Origin: Euprymna scolopes
Lineage: Eukaryota
Reading direction: 5' to 3' (one strand)
DNA length: 64,000 nt
NCBI GenBank assembly: GCA_053919585.1
Contig: CM132791.1
Both the position numbers and the translations under genes were made by a program. The notes beneath the pieces were generated by a model, which did not search any database, was not told where the DNA came from, and saw only the letters and a program-made list of their open reading frames with translations. Position 1 is the stretch's first letter; each line of letters opens with the position of its first letter. This document shows, piece by piece, positions 39,773-51,399 of this stretch.

Positions 39773-39819
<47 letters not shown>

Positions 39820-39825
<6 letters not shown>

Positions 39826-42100
39826 GTGTGTATAAAGTAGAAAAGGTCAAGATGTTGTAGAATAAAATTTACAATATTTTATTCAAAACAAGAAATATGA
39901 AATAAAGGTGAAAGTTTCCTTATTCCATAGAGTTTCAAAGAAAGGCTCTTCTCCTCAGAGGAAAAAAATTAGCAAAAGGTAAGTATAGATAAGTATCTAT
40001 TTTTGCTGGTTAGCTAAATTTTTTAAAACATTCGAGAAAGAAAATTGATAGAAAAGTAAGTTTATAGATAAAATGAAAGGGAATCCTCAGCAAAGTCCAA
40101 TATGTATGGTTGTAAGTATGCAGTGATATCCAAAAGTTTGCAACAGGTTTGGCGATTAGTGATTCCAAAAAGAGTTCTATAAGATATCTTTTAGAGTCTC
40201 TTTAAAAAGTATCCAGGAATGAAAAGTCTGTGTAGAAAAATCTTGTAGTGAAATGCTGTAGTAAAATCCAATGCATGAAAATAATAGTTCTTGTGCAGAG
40301 AGGCATATGAAGTCTTTTTTTTTTTTTAATCTAGAATTAAAATGGAGAAGAGTCAAAATGTAGAGAACTAGATTTTAAGCATGGACAGTTGGCAAAATAA
40401 TCTTCCATGGCCTATGTAAATGGGAAAAGAATGAAAGAATGAGTCTTAAGAGTAAACAGGAGAGAAAGATAATAAGGACAAAACAGGGATGTTTTACTAT
40501 CACGCTGTTGATGTATGTACTTATAATGGATTATAACAGGGCAGAAAAAAAGGATTAGAGCAGGAGGTGGATTAAGTAATAAGGAGGGTAAGGAGAGAAG
40601 TCTAAACTAGGAGGTGTCAGGTTACTTAGTGTAAAAGATAGTTTGAAATGAAGAAAACAGTAAAAGATAAATAAGGATGTACATTTAAAAAAGTATATAT
40701 ACATTGGTGAAAACTTTTCGATAAAGATAATAGTGAGAAATAATCCATGTATGAAAGAACTGTTAAAATTGATAAAACAAAATTAGTGAGCAGTAAAAAT
40801 GTAAGACATTCAAACTTATGTAGTTAGATAATAAGGTGGTGCGAATGTGCTAGTCTCGAGGTAGAGCTGTAGAGGAGGGGGGATAGCAAATGTTAAAATC
40901 ACTGGATTTAAGTGGAAATAAATTTAAGTGAGGATATAGAGGGATAGATGGTAATCAACATGAAAATGTGGTTCAGGAAAAAGTAAGAGATACTAAAAAG
41001 GTCGGGGAATAATGAAATATAGAAGAAATATAAATAAGGGAAAAAATTTTTAAAATAGAGTGGTAGAAAATGAAAAGGCATAAAATAGAATCATGTATAG
41101 CCGAAGAGGAAGATAGTATCAAGGCACTAAGTCGGGAGTTCTTTAGGACGAAAGGCAGAGAGAGGTAAAAATGCCAAGAGTGAATGCATTAAAAAGATAT
41201 AAAGGGAATTGAAGCTAAATGATTATTGTCTTATTAAAATGATATAAGATCAGAAAATGAATTAATGAAGCAGTAAGCATGAGGGGATAAAAGTATTTAA
41301 AGAATGGTACATAAAAGAGAAAAGGGGATTATAGTTAAAAAGGAAATTACAGGTCAGGGTGATATTGACTAAGGTGAAGTGAATGTGAGAGGTGGAAATA
41401 GTTATGTAATTTCGAATGTTTGCAGTATGAAATTAATTCGTTTTTAGAATTAATGATAATACTATGATATAAGGTGATAATGCTTACAGTTGGAGATATA
41501 CAGAGCTGCAAGACTTGGCGCCAGAAGTGTAGGATTTAGATTTTTGAGTACTAATCATTTAATAGAGGAATGTATGATTTTAGCCCTAAGATTTTTAATT
41601 CGTGTAGAAAGTGTTGCACCTTTATTGTTATTCATGTTATCTTTGTTAAATGAATGGACATGGTTTGAAATGTGGAGTTTAATTAGTGTGGAGGTTGAGC
41701 CAATGTACGTTTTAGAGCTTTAGGGGATGATTGTTGAATGTTAATCGTATGATTACTACTATTAAAATTAGGCAAAAATAAAAAAAAAAAGGGCTGCTAG
41801 AATTAGTGTAGTTATGGATATTTCGAGTTTGGGTAGTGGTTTTAGGAGAATTCTGCAATATATCCGGAGAATGTATGGAATGGTTAACATAGTTACTATT
41901 ATCGTTAGCAATTAGGGGAGAACTAATTTGAGAAGGAGTTAAAAATGAGTTTTGGGAGTTTACTTGAGGAATAGTTAAGTTAAGGTTATTAGAAACAATA
42001 GGAAGAGTATTTGGAGTCGATTTGGTTACAGTGCAAGCATAGATTACATCCTTGTGTATGCAATTATTATCTAATGGGTAGTTCAGTTTGTTTTGGCAAA
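39820..42100 (-). mobile_element. Decayed Penelope-like element (RT thumb and GIY-YIG relics) with a hammerhead-like 3' motif
   Basis: Minus-strand peptide scraps FAPPY, HQCIYTFLN, PIYIGHGR and LESLIAKPVAN appear in the order expected for the C-terminal half of a Penelope ORF. CUGAGGA-stem-GAAAC lies just downstream at 39,958-39,932. Left boundary is at (TA)n; right boundary is uncertain. Confidence 0.5.
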
Positions 42101-42224
42101 TACAGTATATTCTATATATAAAGAAGCTTTTTTAACCTTGAAAACTACAGTAAAATTATTTTCTAGTTCTTCGTTGGAAAATTATTTTGTCAATAAGTCA
42201 TTTAATCTCCTGCAATCGCTGAAT

Positions 42225-43267
42225 CAAATTCTCGATGGTCCAACATCTAAACAATATGATATCAATGCGGGAGTACCTCAGGGGTCTATAGAGGATCTTT
42301 ATTATTCCTGATATTCATAAATGACCTCCCTGATACAGTTCTTTTGGAGATGGGTATCTTTGTTGATGACACCACTCTCTATAACAGGCATGAGGGGAAA
42401 ACAAACACATATCTAAGGAAATGTTAGAAACACTAGAGGATGACCTCTAATTGGTTGTGGAATGGGGACAAAAATGGATGGTCACATTCAATGCTGCCAA
42501 GACTAAGCTTGTTTCCTTCAATAATTACAAGAAACCTTCTCTACCATCAATAGCAATGGCCAAGAACACATTACCCGAAAGTACTTCCTTTAAACGCCTC
42601 GGCCTAATGTTTACAAAGAACTGGAATAGATATATTGAGAGCATTGCCAAGGCTGCTGCGAAGAAGGTGGGCTCTCTCTCTCTACTGTGCTAGAAAATTA
42701 CTTACGCCTAAAAGTATCCTGTACCTCTATAAGGCTACCATTCGCCCATGTATGAGGTACTGTTGTCACATTTGGGCTGGTGCATCTGCTACTTGTCTCT
42801 CACTTCTTGACAGGGTTCAAAAGAGAGTCGCCAGCCTGATAGTTCCTGAACTGTCATCTAGGCTTCAGCATCTGTCCCATCGACGAAATGTAGCACCCCT
42901 CTGCCTGTTCTACGTACTTTAATGGTGAATGCTCTGACAAACTACAAGCACTTGTACCCCCTCAATGTGAATACCCCCAACAAACCGGACAATCAGCTAA
43001 ATTCCACCCCTTCACAGTAGATTCCTAGGTGTAAGAAAGCCTTGTACTCCAATAGTTTCTTCCTCAGAACTGCTAGACTTTGGAACTCGCTTCCGGGATT
43101 CTGCTTTCCCAACTGTACTGACATGCAGAAGTTAAAGTGTAATGTGAACAGATATCTTGCCACTCATCTCCCTTCATAATACCCCTGCAACTTATGTCCC
43201 TGGTAGTGCCCTCTACTTCAAAGTGGCACTGTGCCTTGTTTGGGGTGAAAATTGAAGAAAAAAAAAT
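42225..43267 (+). mobile_element. 5'-truncated CR1/Jockey-group LINE (subfamily B), frameshifted RT fragment
   Basis: Contains INAGVPQGSI, FVDD, WGQKWMVTFNAAKTK, IRPCMRYCCHIWAG and LSHRRNVA across several frames, followed by a 3' UTR and A tail. Confidence 0.92.
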
Positions 43268-43396
43268 TGCTTTCTCAAACTAATATTAATACACACAATA
43301 ATTCATGGATGTACACCCACAATATTATAAGGTAATATAATATGTTGCATATATATATTTTCAGTATTTACCGCATTGTTTAATATGCAAGTTGAG

Positions 43397-43454
<58 letters not shown>

Positions 43455-44235
43455 CTTATTCAAAGAAATGTATTATCTGGAATACAAATCAGTTAAATCA
43501 ATTTTGATAATCGTTAAAATCCATAAATAACCAGTACCTGAACAACAGATCCATTAAATGATAAATTGTTTATAACTTATTTTATTACATTTGACTGTTA
43601 ACAAATGGAGGAGGGGGACTCTTATAAACTAAGAATGGGGAGAGGGTCAAACAACGTACCACGGAAAAAGATGAACGCAACAGATAAAAGATTAGATGTT
43701 TGACTTAGTAAATTGCACATTACGACTAATCAAGAATAATTGAAATGGATTTTTTTTTTAAACATAGCTCAATCCCAATATCAAGGAATATTTTCAGATA
43801 TGTTTTGTGTGGTTAAAATTTCTATGGAGAAAAAGCCTCAGGGGAACAAACAACACCACTTTAGTATAATATTAGATTAGCACACACTGCCGTTTAATAT
43901 TATTAAAAAAAATCAAAGAATGATTTAACATAAGCTTTAAAACATGTACCTAAGAGTGGTTCCAATGTTTCCTTATAATTGAACTACTCTAACAATGCAA
44001 GGCAAGGACAACTGAAGCTGCCTGCCAGGACACTATATATACAAATGTAGGCAAATTTGGCCATATTTTATTGGTTTGAAAATATAGCTACTTTTTTACA
44101 AATTGTCATAAAATTTTAATCATAGAATAGTATTATAATCTTCAAAAAGCTTGCAAATTTTTATGTAGGTTCGTCCTATAGAACCAAAGATATGAGCATT
44201 TCAATATTCAACTTAGCTACGTGTGTGTGTGTGTG

Positions 44236-44287
<52 letters not shown>

Positions 44288-44350
44288 TCTTCGACTTCCG
44301 GTTCTTTGACTGTATGCCTCTTGTGGGCTACGACGTTGTTTGGCTGTGGA

Positions 44351-44381
<31 letters not shown>

Positions 44382-45630
44382 TCAAATAAGAAATCCTTAC
44401 AAATGAGTGAATCTTGTACTACAAAATATATAAACATGTACATATAGCAATCTTTTTTTTTTTTTTTTTCTTAGGGAGAGTTGTCATTTAATGGTAAATC
44501 GAGTTATTTGGATTTTTTTTTTTAATGTTTTAACGTTGTTAATTAATTTATGTTGAACATTCGTTTCACTTTACGAATTTACAGATACCAATTTGTTAGT
44601 GCACGCGTACCTTGATAGTGATTAATATTTAGATCTTTCAATTTTTCTGCATAAAACAACTGCTTTTAGAAATAACATAATGCTATCTATTTTAGATTTT
44701 TGCGAAACCGTTCCTTCGTGTTGCTTGTACTATAAAAGGTTTCTTTTATAGCAAATCAAATCGATGTACTAATTGAGACTGTGTATACATTTTACCATGC
44801 ATGACATATTGGTTGTCGTGCTGATTTAAGTAACTAGGAATGTTTTCGGCTTGTATGACTTATACAAAGTTTAGATCATATCACGTTCTCCTTTCAATTT
44901 TTCCTGAAGCTTTGTTCGAGTTTCCAGATGTAGGTTAAATTTCCAGTGATTTGTTGAATTTATTTCTGTGTCAGTTATGCTTTGTTGCAACGTGTGTGTG
45001 TGTACATACCGGAGATAATGGTGAATAGTTTCACAATCTCTGAATAAAAATGTTAATGAAAGTAGATATATATTATATCTATATAAAAAAATGTAGGCAC
45101 AAAGATTTTTTGCAAAACAATGGTACCAAATTTATTTTGGTAGTTCAGTTAACCACTGAACTATGACCAAAGTTCGCTGGAAATTAAAAAAAAAAAAAAA
45201 AAGGAAAGTCTTATGCGGTATTGGGTCAGAATCTTGCCGCCTCTAACAACAGAGGAAACAAAAGGTCGACTCATTTTTTTAGATGAAAGATATGCAAACA
45301 CTGTGCATGCTGGAAGTTACCAGTTCATCTGTTATCGATACGAACAGCAAGATAAAGAAAACGCCTTGAATGTATCTTGTTGAATGCTAAAGGCATATGG
45401 AAAGATAGACAATCAATGAGATAGCCACATAAAGTGAACAGATGAAAATCATTCGAACTTTTCCCACGGTGTTTGCACGCCAACCTCAATTGTTTACAAG
45501 TACTGAAAACAGTTTAACTTTTATTTTTATAAACTTTTAAGATATTTCAGCTAAAAAGTTAAAGCTCTTTCTTTCTCTCAAGCTGGTGTTTTTGTATTGT
45601 ATATATCCTCTTTTGTTCGTCCTAGCTACA

Positions 45631-45877
45631 GATCCTGGATATGACCTTAAACTATATCCAATGGTGAGCTTCCAGCTTGCGGGCTTTGGGGAGTGTGGAG
45701 CCACCCTTTAATTGCAATTGCTCCCAGGTCCACTCTGACCTGGAGTGGTAGTACCTGTTAACTTGAAAAAAAAAAAATATACATATTCTATTAAAAACTT
45801 TTTCTTCAAAATCATTGGATCCGGCATTAAATAACCTGAAAAGTGTTGATATGTCATAAAACAAAAGCAACTAACAA
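45631..45877 (+). mobile_element. SINE-like retroposon with a 10-bp target-site duplication
   Basis: CCTAGCTACA at 45,621-45,630 and 45,878-45,887; A/C-rich tail ATAAAACAAAAGCAACTAACAA; homologous inverted copy at 56.3-56.6 kb. Confidence 0.85.
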
Positions 45878-46284
45878 CCTAGCTACAAGAACTCTGTCCT
45901 GGCGATTTTTTAAAAATTCTTATTTCTCACTATGCTTTTTGTAAAATAAACTTAATTTTAACTCCTTACGTTGTATTAGTCTTCTGTTCTTACACAAGCG
46001 TTCATTGTCTGTATATCCTCACTTAACAGGTGTCTTGAGATAGAGTCCCAATTCTTCTCTTGTTTAGTTTACATGCAGACTTGAACCTGAAGACCTAAAT
46101 TTTTTCTTTGTTTTTTATTTCTATTGCGTGACCGTCTTGTTATTCCCACCAACACGCTAGTGTAACACAGTTTGCATATAATCTTAAAACTTTGGACTTG
46201 TTTGCTTTCTACTTGCATGCATCTTGTTTCCATAATCGGGTGATTCCATCTTTAACAAAAACGAGATGACAGATGAATTTATAT

Positions 46285-46532
46285 ATATGCATATGCGTGG
46301 TTCAGAGGCTAAGGAATGGGGGTGGAGAGTTGTATGTTTTGGTTTCAATTCTAGCTGATGGCATCCAAGTCAAATATATATATATATATATATATATATG
46401 TTTGTTTTTAGTTTGGATCTCACTATCACATATTACGTTCAATATAATAATAAATACATAATCTGCAAGAATTAAACTATCATATTTAAGCGTATCTTAC
46501 AACCGGGCAACGCTGGAAAGCCTGCCGGTATA
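46285..46532 (+). mobile_element. Partial Helitron-like copy carrying a tRNA-like segment
   Basis: GGTTTCAATTCTAGCTGATGGCA matches the reverse complement of 36,319-36,343. Ends with CCGGGCAACGCTGG..CCTGCCGGT, resembling the family 3' end. Confidence 0.55.
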
Positions 46533-47759
46533 TATCTAAAATTTCAGGCTTCAAACAAGCGAGAAATCTTTATAAATAATTGAATCTTGTACTTATAAAT
46601 ATATAAACATATATACATAACTAACACATGCATACATATATAGTGTGGTATAATAATTTCCCAAGTTACAAATATCAAGTTTTCTCGTTTGGTCATTTAT
46701 TAATTTTCAAAAGGTATCCATTACAATATTGTTTCGTATTGTAACTAACAAGTCTACAAAATTATGTTATTGCTGTATACTTAGTCAAGTACTCTTCAGA
46801 TATTTAAAAGACCTTTAAAAAAAAAACTTATAAAAACACCATTTTAGACAACTTACATGGTTCATGTAATCTACACACTCAGCCGTTCCTTCTCAGTTAC
46901 TCGTAACTTGATATTTGGAACTTGGAAAATTAATATACTACACTACATATGCTCTGGAACTCAATAAAAAGGCATTCATTAAGCTTTAACTTTTTTCAAA
47001 ATTTACTAAATTTATGTAAAAAAGATCTTTTTCATTATAAAAAACTTTATTTATGCAGAAGATTTTTTAATTTTTTAATCCATTATACAAACCGAGTACG
47101 TTTCAAGTAAATGATTAACACACACTCACACACAAAGTTTTCCTTCCAGCTTTGAATAAAATAGCAATTAACTGTTTAGAATGAATTGCATAGAATAGGT
47201 ATTGTGTGTTCGGCATTAAATAATCGAAAAATGGTTACTTTATTAGTGAACATGAAAGCGACAAATAAATTGGTCTTTTCTTTGTTATGCATTCTTTGCT
47301 TGAGCATCAAATATGTTGCCATTCTGGAAACCAACTTTGCCTTGAATTATAAGTCCATAAGAGATTGCAATAAATTGCAGACAATATCGTAGTTGATTTG
47401 AAAGCTTGCATAATTTGGTAATCATGATTCTGCTATCAGCTCTAATGAAAGCATCAACCTGTTTGGCCTACTCTTCTATTCACTGCAACCACTGACCTAT
47501 TCACTAAAGTCATTTTCTCCTTTCTTTCTGAGATTGCCATCAATTCTGCCGACCTTAGTCTTATAATGTGCTTATATCTAAGTGCAACCTTTTCAGAAAC
47601 GATCGTTAAATCCATTTGAGTGTTTGCAATACTATACGTTTAACAACAGATAAAATTCTTTCACAACTCTTGGAAACAGCGACTGTTTCATGCCTTTGTA
47701 ATAATCTTCAAATGATACTCATTTAAATTAATTGTTTAATTACAAATTATGGCACCGAT

Positions 47760-47807
<48 letters not shown>

Positions 47808-47812
47808 ATATA

Positions 47813-48150
47813 AATCGAAAATAAAATAAAAATAATTCGCCCCCAATCCTCCTGCACCCACCTTTTATAGCCAATTAAAAGAAAAGAATTATAAATACAC
47901 CAAGCCTCAAAGGAAAAGAAAGAAGAAAACAACAATTGCTCATGGCGATAATCAGATGCACCAATAGAAAGCGCTTGAGAAAAATATAGTCGAACAACAT
48001 CTTTTGGGTGCCATTCTATATAATATGCCTGCCGAAATTAAAAAGATCGTTCGGCAAATGGAAAAGATTTCCAGAAAGATCGAGAGAAAGGAATAACTCT
48101 GTCATGTTCAATCAGACATGTCTAAATAATGACTTGCTGCCAAAATATAA
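47813..48150 (+). mobile_element. Short Penelope-derived non-autonomous element within (TA)n
   Basis: Degenerate hammerhead-like motif CTC-ATGGCGA..CAATA-GAAA-GCGCTT-GAG (47,939-47,979), then SVMFNQTCLNNDLLPKY, which resembles the N-terminal motif of Penelope ORFs. Confidence 0.55.
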
Positions 48151-48151
48151 A

Positions 48152-48183
<32 letters not shown>

Positions 48184-48582
48184 TCATAGTAGAAGATATA
48201 TACTTTTAATGTATATATTCAATACATTTGTTTTTAAAAAAAATTGACAAATTTATTTAAGCTCAATAAAAATGGATTTACACTTTCAGAGCATATATAT
48301 CATTAATAAACAATTCTAACACCACAAGTATATTTATATAACATGCCATTTTATTAGTTATATAGTACATCTTACATGTGTTTTGTTGAATGGTATAGAT
48401 TGACTAAACAACTCATTAGCGACCCATATAAATCCATAAGAAATAATTTTTTTTTTTTTTGAAAAGGACCAAAGATAGAAAAGGAAATTAATATTCTAAA
48501 AGATTTCCAAATTTCCATCATCAACCGCGACACGTCACCCTAAATCACCATTTAAACTTAGCTTCTGTTTATTTATTAATAA

Positions 48583-48941
48583 CTAGCATGGCTACCCGGC
48601 GTTGCCCAGGTCAACATGAAGTTCTATTTGGAACACACCTACAATATTAAGGATATTAATCATTTTCATTGTGGGCAACATCGATACCCCCACAACTGAA
48701 TCAAAATAACTTTTGTTTCAATACAAATAGCGAGTGCCCAAGCAACCGCAAAAACAAGAAGAAAAAAAAAAAGCTACGTAGCCTGAAATGCGAAAAAATG
48801 GAAAAGGTAATTTGCAAATGATTTTGCTCACTGTACGATGACAACCTATGACGTTGTGACCCTGTAAAAATAACGTTTATAAGCATTAACACATGCATGA
48901 CTTGTGAAAAGTTTAAGAACAAAATGGAATTCTTTTCACTG

Positions 48942-48972
<31 letters not shown>

Positions 48973-49130
48973 GTAAAGGCACTTTTCTCACTGGCTTTTT
49001 TTTTGGGGGGGGGGTCTAAAAGTGTGGCTTAAGTTTCAATTCCCGGAACATTCAAAGATTCTGCATAGCCGTCTCAAGAAAAATAATAAAAAGAATGAAA
49101 TCCTTTCAGTTTATTCCTAAGTGATTTTGT
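48583..49130 (-). mobile_element. Helitron-like element, 3' end clear and 5' end uncertain
   Basis: Minus strand ends CCTGGGCAACGCCGGGTAGCCATGCTAG|T (hairpin plus CTAG), the same motif as 61,636-61,663. Confidence 0.6.
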
Positions 49131-50519
49131 TTGTTTGTTTGAATATTTAAAAAAAAAAAAAAAAAAGAAAAAAAAAATGTTTTTCGGTCCACACGGAATT
49201 ATTTTTTTCTCGCTAGAAACTTAGAGATTATCAAATTATCTTATTTGGTGAAGAGTTGGTTTTTTTTTTGGTTTTTTTTTATGGTTCGAAGTTTGCAGGG
49301 CAAATAACTCTAGACCTGTTTCTAAAACATCAATGTCGGAAATAATAATTTCAAATAAATCAAATTAAATTCAATATATTATCAATATAATTGTTATTTA
49401 AAGTTGATTAAATAACAATCTTAAATAGAAGACTTAAAACAATTGTTTCGCTAGAAACATTAACTAACATACAGCTATTTAGTAAAATCGATTTTCCTTA
49501 ATGCAAATTAGGTTACCTCTTAATTGTATATTTTGCAAGAATTATATTATGTATAGAAATAAATGAAATAATAAAGTAATGGACAAGAATGAGACACAAA
49601 AGCCTTTGCGTTGCTTAATTGCTGTACATCTATTTTTATAATTTACTACCTAGCTCTACTTATGTTGAAGTAGATATATAAAATATATGTCCTTATAACG
49701 TTTTATGTAGATCCATGGAATCTGTTTGAATATATTACACCTACTGATGCCAACCTCCAGGCATCTCATCAGTGCTGAAAACCACGTCGGTGGAAGTTTT
49801 GTGCCTGATCAGCAGACTTCCTCGGTGGGTGGCCTGACCAAATGCTAATAGCATTCAAAACCTGGAGTTTAAACTACTACTCGTGCATACTTGTTTTATA
49901 AAGAACTGCGGTTAAGTTAATTGAATACCTCGGGCAATTTGATGTTATTTATCAGAGATGATCCTGTTGAACGTTTGGGGGGGGGTCAATTCAGTAAAAA
50001 AAAAAAATATATTCAGAGAAATGTTATTAAGTAAAACAGATTTCTTTTTTGATGAGACTTAATTTTTTTAATAGTCTGTTTAATATTTCAGTCAAATTGA
50101 TTGTTACAAGTCCTGTTGGTCTCTTGTTTTCTTTTTCTTTTTTTTTTTTGATTTTTACAACTATGTCGTTTACTGTTGAGTTTGTATAACAGCAAATAAT
50201 TTATGACTTTAAAATTAGCATCATGTGAGATGCTGCATGAGAACGTGATTATGCGTCATCCTTTTGAATCTAGTCTTGCACATCATCACGTTCACATACA
50301 ACACTCATTTTAAAGTCATAAATTACTCGCTGTTTAAATACCTCAAGAGTAAAAGACAATTGTATGCACCCCAAGACTAACCCAACCCGATGTTGATTTG
50401 ATAAATCAAATCTGAAGTACTCATGAAACAAGAAACCTATGAAACTTATACAAACCAATTTCATTCAAATATTAGACTATTTGAAAAAAAAAAATAATTT
50501 AATGACACTTTTGTGAATA

Positions 50520-51160
50520 AATACATGCTGCCTAAAAACACACACACACACACTAGCTGTACCAAACCAAGTACGCAGTGAGGGCATTTTAGCTTACATT
50601 TTTATATTTACTTGCATATTTTTAAAAATTAGACAGAAAAATAAATGAAATTTTAGTTGTAAAGGAGACAATTTCTTATATTAATTAAGTTATTTTTCTC
50701 AATAAATTTGATTTTTAAATCATAATAAAAAAAATATTTCCATTATACCAGTGGTCCAGACAGGACTAAATTAAAAAAAAAAAATGCTGTGAAGTACATT
50801 ATAATGAAGTGTAAATATAAAAAAATCTGGGGAAAAAATCATTCTACTTAAGAGGATTGAAGAAGTAGACTATTCGAAAAACAAAACAAGACTTATTTAA
50901 TGATACTTGTGCTGCTTAAACACATGCGCACACACACACATACATTAGCTGTACTTTAGCTTACATTTATTTATTTTTTTAAATTAGACAGAAAAATGAA
51001 TAAAATTTTAGTTGTAAGGGAGACAACTCTTTATGTTAATAAAGTTATTTTCCTTGATAATTTTGATTTTTAAGTAATAATTGAAAAATATTTCAATTTT
51101 ATCAGTTGTCCGGGCAGGACTAAATCAAAAAAAATAATTGCAGTGAAGTAAATTATTATA
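50520..51160. repeat. Two diverged ~270-bp direct repeats about 380 bp apart
   Basis: (CA)n-TAGCTGTAC, TTTAGCTTACATTT, AAATTAGACAGAAAAAT, GGAGACAA and CAGGACTAAAT are colinear in both copies. Confidence 0.85.
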
Positions 51161-51399
51161 GTATCAATAACATGGGACAACAAGAACAATAAATTAAAAA
51201 AATAATTTGCTAGTCAGACTAAAGATAGGATGTATCAGCTTAAATGCTATTTAACCTTACAAGATAACTTTATATAACTTTTTTTCCCCCCAAGCTACTA
51301 TTTGTGCAACAGATCCAGCATTAAAATGGGCCTATTATCTATAGGAGGCAATTGCCAGATGTTTCTATTATAGTTTTTATTTGAATAATAATAATTTCT

